Source: Girardia tigrina (lineage: Eukaryota). Taken from it: 64,000 nt of DNA. Shown piece after piece: positions 1-12,229 of the stretch. Both the position numbers and the translations under genes were made by a program. The notes beneath the pieces are model-generated. The model worked only from the letters and a program-made list of their open reading frames with translations. It was not told the DNA's origin and did no database searches. Numbering within the stretch: the stretch's first letter is position 1; each line of letters opens with the position of its first letter. Location of the stretch: positions 73,062 to 137,061 of the forward strand of contig MQRK01243963.1 in NCBI GenBank assembly GCA_001938485.1, given 5' to 3'.

Positions 1-56
1 TTCCATATGAATTATTAGTAATATAATTATCTACTTACAATTGTAAGTAGATAATA

Positions 57-114
57 TGAGCGTTAGTGAAGCAGGCAGGCAGGCAGGCAGTGACTTGGGC
101 TTTTATAATATAGA
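57..114 (-). mobile_element. 5' end of a non-autonomous Helitron-like element
   Basis: Minus strand reads A|TCTATATTATAAAAGCCCAAGTCA then (CTGC)4 and CACTAACGC; this TC start plus 4-bp microsatellite layout is typical of small Helitrons; no 3' end seen. Confidence 0.45.
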
Positions 115-199
115 TTATAACTATATAATATTGTAATTAATTTATGAAGCTATAATTATGCATTTTTAAAATTAATCAAGTTGACAATTGTACATTAAC

Positions 200-2700
200 T
201 CGCGAGATCTATTATGTTCATTAAAAATTTTTGAACCAAGATTCCTCTCATAGTTATTGGAAGTAAAGAATGTAGCGTACAATGGGATGTAAGGTCAGAA
301 TGACATTTTTCGGACGCATGGAGGGTCATTTGAGACCAGGCTTATCCATGGTCATCAAGTTTATTCTTTTAAAATCCATGGAAATCGGTAATTGTTTCTA
401 AACTTATTAAAACACATTTTGGTAGATCTCCATGGTCATTTCTCCAACATTGTCAGAAGTCGTTTTATGTTACAAACGCGTATTACACCATTAATATTAA
501 TAAATATTTTGTTCAAAAATAAGAATTAAAATTGTCATTTGACCTCTTTGACGAAATAATCTTGTCGGTTAAAAGAAGTCTGAAGCTACATTTATTCGAA
601 TAAATAATAGTCTTCACCAATTTGAGAATGTTGTATTAGACCAATAAAATGTCCCTCCATATTCTGTAAGTAACATTTTGTAAGGTTCTTTGACAGGATT
701 CTAAATCCCACGATTTCGGGAATATGGAAAGGAATATATTCTTTTCTACAAATCACTCTTGGGATTTTAAAATTGTGACATAATGTAAAAATGCTAGATT
801 TATGAATGTTACAGGTGATACTTCTCGTTTATTGTTTGCAATTTATGATGTTCATTTATAGCGACATATTGCGGATTCCATTGTCCATCGTTGAGTTACA
901 TGCCGACCTTAATATGAATTTGGGGTAGCCCAAAATAGTTTAGTTTTGATGGCGTGGCGTTAGGATAAAGTGGTCAAAAATGATTTTTATCATATTTTTC
1001 TAGAAATCTCCTTTGGAAAATTCTTTATCAATTACTGAAGTTACAAACTTTAAATGTTTTTTAGTCAATTTAATAAATATTTCCTCAAGAGAGCATAACG
1101 CCCTCTCATTTAATAGTTTTCTAAAAGTAGAAAGTTTGTTTAAAATAGTGCAGTAGGACAAATACAAAGATTTTCCTACATTTAGAGCTTTCTGGCAACT
1201 CTGTTTGAAACCTTAGAAATGGTTCCTTTTTTTAGAAAACTATAGAAACGTTCCTAAAGCTTTGACTGAGCTACCTAGACGATTTCAAACGGAGTTTTTC
1301 TGTATATATTATATACAACTGCAGAGTTAACTTAAAATCTATCTTTATCAAATTCTTTAAACTTTTGCTAGAGATATATATTCCCGATAGTAAAACTTCG
1401 ATTTAAATAACATATTTTCATGAGTAAAACACATTTTAAAAACATGTTTGTTTATGACGAAGTTGGCAGAGTACTTTGCTTCTTTTGAATGTATAAGTTA
1501 TGATTCATTATCAAACTTAAGATACTATCACGTCGCAAACATTGCGTTAATTCTTATATCCACGGATCGGGGATATATCCTCCATGTATGTGGTTCTTTG
1601 ATGAGGGTCCAACGCGTCTGTGATAAAAATGATCTTGACTCAAATAGTAAAACTTCGATTTAAATAACATATTTTCATGAGTAAAACACATGAGTAAAAG
1701 CATTCTGTAAATCGTTCGATAAATTCCTTATTGAAATAAGTAAGTGTAAAAATACACTGATCAAAGTACGCATTCATGAAGACGATGTTTACAATACAGG
1801 AGGAATGTTTAAAACGATAGTAATGAAATTGTCTTAATATATAGTGTATATTTTATATACGACAAAAATGTTAAGTTTAAATACTGTATTTTATCAAATA
1901 ATTTTAATGTTTGTAGTTACCATTTTGTAGTTACCTCAGGAGCTCTAATGTTTTCAACAACATTTCGATAACTTCGCACAGCATTGATCCTGCTTTTCCT
2001 TTCGTGATTTATTTCGTCTACGAGTGCCATTAATTCAAATATTTCCTTGACACTCTTTAAATTTCGTAGTTTGATTTCACGAACAACATCTTCATCATCA
2101 ATACAATGAATTAACGTTTGAGCTTTTGACTCTTTTTCATCGAGTCTATGTGGCAAAGCATTGTTGTTTACAGACCGGTCTACTTTTTTGAAAAAAAGTT
2201 TGTGCGTTATAAACATCTTTGCGATAACTCAACAGTTTTTCACAATCCGTCGCGGCTTCTCTCGGCTTCTCAAACGCTAGTCTTAGCCGATCCTCAAAAT
2301 TATCAACTTTACCAGCTGTGTCCTCATATGCTTCCAAGAGATCTTCATGTATCATGGAGTAAATACATGTTTTCCATTTTTTTTTGATTAATTTCACTGC
2401 TTCAAAATATCTTCTGCAACGAGAAATAAATTTCTGTAGGTCTTCTCCGATCTAGAATATGTCGGGAATCAGTCAGTTCGTGATTGAATCCACTATCGCC
2501 GACACCATGTTAGGTTGGGAACTTACTTCCATTCTAAATCAAAAATAAATTAAAACTTTCAAAATTTATTCAAAACTACAAAAGGTTAAATTTGTTATTT
2601 AAACAAATTTTCATTTTTTTATTTTCATTTTTTAAAATTTTATTTTCCGGTCGTTCAGGTAAATAAAGACAATATCAGACCCGTCTTTGATTTTCGACAA
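200..2700 (-). mobile_element. Degenerate Gypsy-like LTR retrotransposon (LTR end, PBS, gag-like, RT remnants)
   Basis: Minus strand ...CA|TGGTGTCGGCGATAGTGG at 2507-2490 resembles an LTR end plus tRNA primer-binding site; overlapping frameshifted gag-like ORFs 2397-1917; MDFKRINL near 350-380 resembles RT 'DYRKLN'. Boundaries approximate. Confidence 0.55.
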
Positions 2701-5479
2701 ATCAATAAGTATGTAGACGTGTACAGTGGTAACAGTGCAGTTTGCTGTGAGCTCTTTTTTTCTTTATTTGTTTGAGTACATCAATATACATTGAACATAA
2801 TATATATTGAACATAATATACATCAATATATATTGAACATCAATATACAATACAATAAGAGTCAAGTTAAATTAATAAAATATCCTTATAATTCGAAATT
2901 TTTAAAAAACCGAAATTCCCATTTCTGAAAATTAAAAAATTAACAACAACACTCTCTTACAACCTCTTTATCTCAGGATTTAAATCTCGACAGAATTGCG
3001 GGATCAGAACCTCCAGGTCTTAGGGGTAATGAAATCTCAACAGTTAATGAGTCTTGTATTTTAAGGTTTACATTAACCAACAGTAAATACATATTTTAAA
3101 AACACGAAATAGTAAGACTAATAAGTTAAAGAATTATCTATGTCTACGACAGAATTCTCTTTCACGACATGTTCTCTTTCAGAAGAAGTATTACCATTTG
3201 CGAAGTAATTTAATTTTTTATTTATATTTTTATTGTAGTTTTAATATTTCCAAAATATTCTTGATATTGTTTTTATTTTTTTTTTTAAATTAAAGAAAAA
3301 ACTTTTATTTTTGTTTCTCTTAAAGTGTATTATAATAAATTTTATGAATTATCGTTTTACGATTTTTTATTCTTTTAAGTTTATAATAAATTTATTTTGT
3401 ATTTGACTAAAAAGTAAAAAAATAACAAAAAAAATCAAAATTTAATTTGACAAAATAACATTTTTTAATGTTATTAAATTTTATTTAGAATATCTTCGTT
3501 GATTATGTTTTTTAAGAATATAGAAGAAATTAACCCTCAGACCGCTGTAAATAGGTTTTACAATCCTGGTCTTCATGTTGTCAACCACCCTTATTCTGAG
3601 CAATAGTGTTCAGTAAGTTTATATTTTATGGACAGGTTGAGTAGATATTTACTCCTGTACATCATCATTGCCATATAGGTCAATGATAAGATTTTGATAA
3701 CTCTGATGTTTAATGTGATATTAAGTGTCTTAATCTTTTGCTACATCATATTTTAGGAATCATTTCTGGATGCTAGAACACCAAATTATGAATCCGTAGG
3801 AATTAGTCTTACCGAATATCTTAACTTCATGACAACATGTTCAATACTACGAGTATCATCTTCGGATCCTTTAGTCGACGATAAGTTAAATTAATAAAAT
3901 ATCCTTAAATTACAAATAAAAGATATATTTTATACAAGAAATCAATATCAATATGATTGAAACATAATTAACTCTAATGGTTTCACGGACCATCAAGATT
4001 ACTGAACCGTTTGACTACTATTCCTTGATAAAATGTATATTAATTTGCAAGGATTTAATACGTTATATGCAATTGCTTTTCTTAGGCTCTTAATGTCAAT
4101 CGAAATTCTATTATAACATTCATATTTGTACATGAATTCACTTAATCTCATCATCAACCCATAAAGCTCTAAGTAGCTTCCTGTTAGATTTGGTTTAATG
4201 GCCCTTGTAATTTCCTCAGGTTTCTTAACGACTTATTCCTTCGAATAACTACTGAAGTGACTAATTTTCTTATTATTTACCTTAAATTAGAGACTTTGGA
4301 CATGTTTGTATGAATAATTGTCATAGAAAGAAAAGTACAAAATTAAAAGTAGGCTTCGTTTAAACTAAGCCTTCATAGTACTGTAATTCAAGGATTTGCT
4401 TTTAGTTGTACTTTAACTTGGACTTTAATTACTATCAGTACTCTTTAATTTGATAAAACTTACTCCGATTTGAGTTTTTGCTGTAGTCTGTCTAATAGTT
4501 TTCTCTTTTTGAGTCACTACTCTCAGGGGAATCGTTTCAGAAATGACTTGCAATCTTCTCACTTTTCCTGAATTACAGATGGAAAATATGAATTTATTTC
4601 CCCATATCATTTATATTTAATGTTTAAAACATATTTGTATATTTATTACAATAAAAATAAATAATTGTAAATATAAATCTACATACTGATGTGAAATTAC
4701 CAATTTCTTTCCTAGAAAATGATGTCAAGGAAAATGAATGACCCTGAAAAATGTTTCATGATGATCTTCTTTACTTCTAGTTAATAAGAGAAAGAGAATG
4801 TTGTTATTATACTGAAACTAAATGTATTAATATTCTGAATGTCCCCAGTCTCAAACCTGGCACAATTGAGAGAACACATTGTTCCCTCAGATTGCCATTT
4901 GATCAGACATTTCAGACGAATGAAATCGATGAGGTTTGAGTGTATTGAATTGAGTGTGAAGTTTCATCTCAAAGATTAGCTTTGGGTATGCTGGCAATTG
5001 TTATCGTTACCATATGTCTCCGTTACCTTGTAAAGTACGAAATGATAGAGTAAACATATCGTTTTCTCAAACAGCAATTGATAGCTGCCAATGGTTTGTT
5101 TTCGAGAATGAGATTGATCGCGTTTAGTGGATTTTACTTAATTTTTAGGAAAAAATAAATAAATTTCTCTTAATCAAATGATTTCTTGGTAAAATGGTTT
5201 TTAATTATTGTTTAGTCTCTGTGAGAAATATTTTGAATTGTGTGTTGATATTGTGCATGTTGTATGTTGATTCGGATTGTGCCTCTCCTACACAGATGGA
5301 TGATTGATATTTTCTTTGATTCCTACTAATTAAAAATAATTTAATTTAATTTTAAAGTAAAAAGATTTAAAATAATTTTTGAATGTATTATTTTTTTTAA
5401 TGTAATTTAAAATTTTAATACTATAATTTAATTAAATTTAATTTCTTTAAATCAAATGGTAATTTAGTCATTAAACAAA

Positions 5480-6111
5480 AATAACACCATTTTAGTTTTA
5501 AATTTTTATTGGAAAATATGTTTCGCCACTTTTGTGGCATCTTCAGTTCTGTATTTAATTAGAAAGTTATATAGAAAGATGACCATTACGTCACAGTGTG
5601 TTACGTCAAAATACTCTAATATGATTGGACGATTCACTTTGCATATTTAGACTAGGTTTACAAAACTTTATCAAGAGTGCTTCAGTAATTGTCCTTTCAT
5701 AATTGTGATCAAAGTTATATATCAAAACCCGAAAATCATTATCAAATACCCTACTTTGAGTTCCATGACATTTCACTATGTGGTCCAAAATTGAGCTTTT
5801 TCTACTTGATTGGGTATGTTCTGCAATTTTAGTACGGAGGAGACAATTTTTCTCTCCAATGTACAAGGATTCACACTTGTGACATTTATATTGGTAAACT
5901 AAATTTGCTTTCATACCCAATTGTGTTTTAGATTTATTTGAGAAGTAATTAGAAAGTAATTAATTTTGATCACAATTATGAAAGGACAATTACTGAAGCA
6001 CTCTTGATAAAGTTTTGTAAACCTAGTCTAAATGTGCAAAGTGATTCGTCCAATCATATTAGAGTATTTTGACGTAACACACTATGACGTAATGGTCATC
6101 TTTCTATATAA
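5480..6111 (-). mobile_element. 5'-truncated Penelope-like element: GIY-YIG domain, pLTR, inverted 3' copy
   Basis: ORF 5920-5606 LVYQYKCHKCESLYIGE...IAEH...ILDH...EALLI...PSLN is a PLE GIY-YIG; 5567-5713 is repeated inverted at 5965-6111 (147 bp, 3 mismatches). Confidence 0.88.
5511..5550 (-). ncRNA. Minimal type I hammerhead ribozyme in PLE pLTR
   Basis: agaa CUGAAGA u GCCAC aaaa GUGGC GAAA caua UU uucc, followed by AAUAAA; perfect 5-bp stem II, short stem I. Confidence 0.75.
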
Positions 6112-6490
6112 TTTAATATGTACTTTTTTTAAAAATGTTTAGATTTAATTTTAACTAATTAGATTCTTTATAATTAATAATTTTTATTAACAGATTTTCA
6201 TTTATTGAAAATAATTAATATGAATTCAGAAATATATTGATCATGAAAAATGTTTAATAGTGAATGCGCTTGTAATATTAATAAATGTTGTAAAACTCAT
6301 ATTGATGCTGTTAATAATCTCTTATAATTAGGACACGGAATTTAATGACCTTAAAAATCAAAAAAAATGACTATTTTATTTCCTCTTTCCGGGTGAGATA
6401 TTATTTTGTTCTTCCCCTCTGCCAATAGAGTCGCCACCGTCACCAATCCACCGCAGTCACTCCACTGCGCCACTCACTCTGTTATCAATG

Positions 6491-6525
<35 letters not shown>

Positions 6526-7619
6526 TATTTTTATTATTATTATTATTGTTAGGTTCGATATCAAGAGATGAAATCATAACACCAAAATATATTTATAGCA
6601 CAATTACTTTTTTTTAAAAAAAATTTTGAAGGAAGCTTTTATTGTTTTTTCATCTCAAACCATTATAAATAATATTATAAATATGAACATTTTATAAATT
6701 TTAATTTATTGTTATCATTTTATAATTTCTCAAACTACCATTTTAAAAATTTAATTTATAACTCCATTTTTTACAATTCAACAAATTATTATTTATAATT
6801 TCTCTTATTATAATTTTACATATTTTCAATATTTCCCTGATTTACATTTTTACAATTTCTGAATTTACCACATTTACGATTTTCGAATTTCTTAATTTTG
6901 CAATTTTTTTAATTTCACAATCTCTTAATTTCAAGTATATGGATATATATTTTAATATATATGAATATATATTTATTTATAAGGATATATATTGTTACAC
7001 TTTGACATTTTTACAAATTTTCTTATTTTATAATTTACTAATTTTTTATAATTTAATTTTTCTTTTTTATATTAATAAGTAAAATAACTTTTAGGTGTCT
7101 CAACCAATTGACATTGAATTTCCTCGGATGAAGTGAATTGCAGGATAAGTTTGGATTGGGAAGTATGAAGAACGGAAAGTTTTTAAATGCTTTTGCGGCT
7201 AGTTTCCATTTGCAAGAGGATATTGTGGAGTGTCAGTAAATTCCAGGTAACAAACAAAACTGCAAGCGATACATTACTTCTCTATATCCAGATATATTAA
7301 TACTGAGCATTCAGACCATTCCCAACTTCATGGATTGTATGTAATTGTGCTTATTATTCCGAGTATCAAAAATTGCTTTTATTGTGAGTTATAAGCAAAA
7401 AAATAGGAGTGTTAAAATATCTTCAAATTTGACAAATTTCAGTATGAAAAAAATAAGATTGTTCCTGATTAAACTCAATAGGGATTTGAAAAAATTACAG
7501 ACAAATCTTATTTTATGGTTATGATTATAAATATTTTTTTATTTCGTTTAAGTGTAAAATTAAATCTATCCCTTACATCTAGAATTACCTTTGATAATAT
7601 TATAATATGTTGGCAACTA

Positions 7620-7875
7620 TAAACTGTCCTGTTTCTTAAATCCAATTTTTGGCAGCTAATAACTTTGACCTCTAGAGACACTTAATTGTAAAATATTTTC
7701 ATGTTTTAACATAAATTAAATGTGCTTTATTTTTTGATTTTATATTTAATTGTTTGAAATCATGGATAAATCGAAAATTCTGGTTTTGAAGATAAATTTC
7801 GTCGTGGTTTAAACACAGCTCAGGTTGATCGTTATGACAGCGAAGTATTTTGTGTTGACTCTGTTGACAAGCTCA
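7620..7875 (+). mobile_element. Mariner 5' fragment
   Basis: Frameshifted MDKSKI...FRRGLNTAQ...EVF, the N-terminus of a mariner transposase. Confidence 0.55.
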
Positions 7876-8439
7876 TAATGCATCTTTGGTGCGATAGGTT
7901 TTAATGTTGAGATTTTTACATCCATAGTCACAAGTTGTTGTTGCATGGTATATTAGCAGCAACATATTATGTTTGTAAACTGACAATACTTGACCCACTT
8001 GAAACAAATTATAAAGAGAAATATTCGACAAAGGACTGTCATATGATTTAAGCTTATTAAGAACATTTAAACAAGTCTCGTTTGAATGCTTATTACAATC
8101 ACATTTAGAGTCATTATGACTCTCAGAAAGTCTTTCATCGTTTGCCATCCTTCTAATTGGTTTTCTTATTTCTGTTTTTAATCATGATTATTCGAACAAT
8201 TTTTCTAAATTATTTTTTAAAATATTTAGCCTCTAAAAATATTAATTAAAAAAATAATAATTTTTAACATTTTTTCAATAAATCTTAAAATAATAAAAAT
8301 GTCATCAAATTATTAAAAATACATTTAATTTAAATTTTACTAAAAATATTAAACTTAATTTTAATTGTGTTCGAATAGTCAATCACTTTAAATTTAAATA
8401 AAAAAATACCAATTTCCATCTGGGTGGGAGAATCACCAT

Positions 8440-8990
8440 TATAAATTCAACATACTTAAATCAACATACAGCATCCATACATTTACACATTCAAACAAAT
8501 TAAAATATTCCTCACAAAGCTAAAATAAAAAAATGTGTTGTTTTCTAATATTTTTGCAATTGTTTTAAAAGGCGATGAAGAGTGGATCCTTTTAGATGGC
8601 CGGAATCTTTCAAACGACGATAAAGTTTCAAAACATATTGAAAAGCCAAAACACACCATAAACAGTTAAGGGTCATGGTATTATTCATTACAGTTTTGTG
8701 TAACCTGATGAATCAATTACGACAGATATTTATTGCGAAATATATATTGAGGCTTATTTATGTATATATTTGAGTAATGATAAATCAGCCACCCAACAGA
8801 ACAACTGAGATTGATGAATCAAGATAGTCAAAGTCTTCATTAAGACAAAGCTCGACCACAAGTTGCCAAAATAACCTTGTTAAAATCACAAGCAAAGGAC
8901 TTAGATACTCGATATCATACCTTGCACCAATGGATTACCACTACTATTAATTTCTATGAGGGCGAAATGTTCAAAGCTCAACGAAATCAA
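8440..8990 (+). mobile_element. Degenerate mariner transposase fragment
   Basis: GDEEWI (GDEKW), IHYSF, ITTDIYC, DKARP (DNARP) and LAPMDYH motifs in broken frames. Confidence 0.7.
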
Positions 8991-9542
8991 AAAAATCTTT
9001 ATTTCGATTTAAATTAATTTCATTTACAAATTTAATTGACTCTAATTTTTCACTTCAACATCGGATATTTCCTACTTAACAACATATTATAAAGAAGAAT
9101 CCACTTCCTTTAAGTTGATGATTACCTGATCGAGAGTGAAAGTTACTTTGTAAAATTGTAAATTCTACCAAAAGAAAGCAAATTTTGTAAACAAATTGGA
9201 CATTTATTTGAAGACATCTAAAGCAAAAAGTTAATAAATCCTTGTGACCATTATTATCATAGTGAAAGAAACAAAAAATTAGAAAAACTCTTATTTAAAA
9301 ATGAAAAATTAGAGTCAATTAAATTTGTAAATGAAATTAATTTAAATCGAAATAAAGATTTTTTGATTTCGTTCAGTTTTGAACATTTCGTCCTCATAGA
9401 AATTAATGGTAGTGGTAATCCATTGGTGCAAGGTATGATACCGAGTATCTACGGCCATTGCTTGTGATTTTAACAAGGTTATTTTGGCAACTTGTGGTCG
9501 AGCTTTGTCTTAATGAAGACTTTGACTATCTTGATTCATCAA
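8811..9542. repeat. Inverted duplication 8811-9052 / 9302-9542
   Basis: ~240-bp arms, reverse-complementary with scattered mismatches. Confidence 0.95.
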
Positions 9543-10639
9543 GATATTGGATTGGACATTTATTTGAAGACATCTAAAACAAAAAGTTAATAAATCCTTG
9601 TGACCATTATTATCATAGTGAACTGGTTCAAATTGAAAAACAACATATTGTTTGATCATGGCAGGATTTAGGTAAAGGCAGGTCCTACTCTATTTTACTT
9701 AAGGAAGTTTTATAAATCCCAAAATGGATAGTAATGAAATATATTAATTGCCATGTTGTAACAAGTCCAATGTCAATTCCTGAAATTCAATACTTAATCA
9801 ATTTAAAGGATATTTCCGAAATAACTTTACTCCAATAATGAAACTAAATTTTAATTTTTAAGGAAGACTTTATCGAATTATTATTTTTCTTTTAGAAAAA
9901 ATAGCCGTTACGAATTAATCATGCATATGAATAATGATGGAAATGGAAACCAATGTACTTAGAAAACACTTTAACGACTTTGGTTGAACTTTCAATTTGA
10001 ACCAGTTCACTATGATAATAATGGTCACAAGGATTTATTAACTTTTTGCTTTAGATGTCTTCAAATAAATGTCCAATTTGTTTACAAAATTTGCTTTCTT
10101 TTGGTAGAATTTACAATTTCTATACAAATAGAAATGAATCTGTTAAATGATACATTACTTAGCGTTATTAAACAGTGTTAAACGATGTCAGTGAAAAGTA
10201 AATCATGAACAAAAATAATGTTACAAAACTGAAAAAAAGGCACATAAATGGGACAAATATCATGTAAGAACATAATGAAGACTTATAAAATAGTTTCTAT
10301 GACAGGAAAATTCGACCTCTTTATTACTTAAATATATCCCTAGAAACCGATTCATTCTTTCAATCTCTTAATGACAGAAGAATACTAAACATTACATTAC
10401 TCTGGGAGTTTAATTATATTTTAATTGGTTTTTTATTGCTACCAAATCAAAAGGCAATAAAAATACCAAAATTAATCGTATATATTTAAGAACACATTTA
10501 TAATTCAGTTTTTCATATCCGTGTAATTTGAAATGAATATAAACATCCTTCCAATAACAAGTACAGAGAACCCTTGAGAATAAGCATTAACACCTGCTAG
10601 ATAAATAATCATCTATTCTTAAACATATAATTACCAAAA

Positions 10640-11145
10640 CTTTAATATGCAAAAACTTCCAAAGGATTTGACTTTTTTTACCATTTGAGGGACAGCTTGT
10701 TAATGCCGTTTGAAAGAAAATTTTGTGGGCAAGGATTTATATATTCTTGGACAGTTATTTTTACAGAATCTTCCGAATTAATTATTTTCCTATCAAAAAT
10801 TTGTTCAAATTGAGAAAGAACTGGTAGTCAGTTGGGACTTGATCTGGTGAGTATGGAGAATGATGCTGAAGGACCAACTCAAGTTCCTGTAGTTTTGTCA
10901 CGGTCTTAAGAGTAGAATGTAGTTTTGAATTGTCGTGCAACAAGATGTGAGTCTTCTTATTTACCGAACGCAGCTGTTTTCCTTTGAGTTTCCGCATCGT
11001 ATCTTTCAACTGGTTGCAGTAGACATCTGCTGTGATAGACGAACGAAGATTCATGAAGTCATAATGGCTTACACCAGCGGCAGACCACCATACACTCCCA
11101 ATCAGCTTCTTTTGGTGAAAATATCATACTTTACAACCTACTGTT
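10640..11145 (-). mobile_element. Mariner transposase C-terminal fragment
   Basis: ORF 11054-10782: ITADVYCNQL...LLHDNS...HSPYSPDQVPTDY. Confidence 0.85.
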
Positions 11146-12229
11146 AATATAATTTTATTATGAGTTATAATTATAAAATTGATAATTGCATTGTAATTTC
11201 GAAAAGAGCTACTAATATTCGTAACCATTGTAATAAGTCTTATTTCATCAATAAACGCTGATATAAATACTCTAATTGAATACAGATAGAAAAAAAGTTA
11301 CAGAAGAAGAGAAGAATCTTTCCAGTGATTAAATATGCTGAATCAAGAATGCTTCAGTAAAAATTAATCTTATTCCATATAGATTTATAAAAGTTGGTTT
11401 CCTCAACAATAAATACCAAAACTGAATAAGTAGTAGTAATACATTTCACTTAAAACTCCAAATAAAATTCGATTTCCTCGAAACTTAATTCCTTTTTCTA
11501 AACAAAATTTCTTGAAAATTAAATACAAGTTTTAAAATCCCCGAATGGTTAATATCAAAAACATTGAGTATTCAATAACGACATCATTTTTAAAACTCAT
11601 CTCATGCAATAATACGGTAACCCGGTGATTTTTTCTTGTAGTATTAGCCCACATAAAATGTTAAATTACCAAGCCTAACATGCGCTGTCTGCGACTATGT
11701 TACAATATTCGAATTTCTTCATCAGAGGTCAAAGATGACTCAAGTTTTGAACTTTAATATTGTGACGAATGTTTAAGGTCAAAAGCATAAAACAAAGTTT
11801 TAATACGGATGATAATCTTCAAATCAAAATATGACAAAGTTTAAAAGTATACAATGGTCACTAAAAATTTTCGGGATGCGTTGGACCAGTAGACAGTAAA
11901 ATACTGAAGGATACCACCCAGGTATTACAAAGCCGACCATTGGGTACTTGATAAAATCATAAATTAAGATCCCAACGAGAGCCACAATTTATTTGCTAAT
12001 AACCGCATAATGTTACTTGGTTTTCTTCGAAAACGTACACTATTTATCTCGTTTTTTTTCTGAATCCTTCTATTATCTGACGATATTGAACCTTGGTCGA
12101 CCTAGATGCTGACCTAACATGTGGGTTCTGGGGTTATGTGTATTTTTGAATACTTACGAATCATTCGTATACTTGTGATGAGTCTGACATCAGCTTAGTT
12201 AATCTTACTAAATATTTGCGTCAATTTCG

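Noticed and set aside
6660-7060. Degenerate TTTA(C/T)AATTT repeat tract
   Set aside because: Low-complexity decayed minisatellite with no definable unit or coding signal
7095-7247. AG...GT-bounded segment with 5.8S-like words (GTGAATTGCAGGA, ATGAAGAACG) and a post-SET-like FKCFCG
   Set aside because: Stops in all three frames, and the 5.8S-like words are in the wrong order; neither reading is supportable
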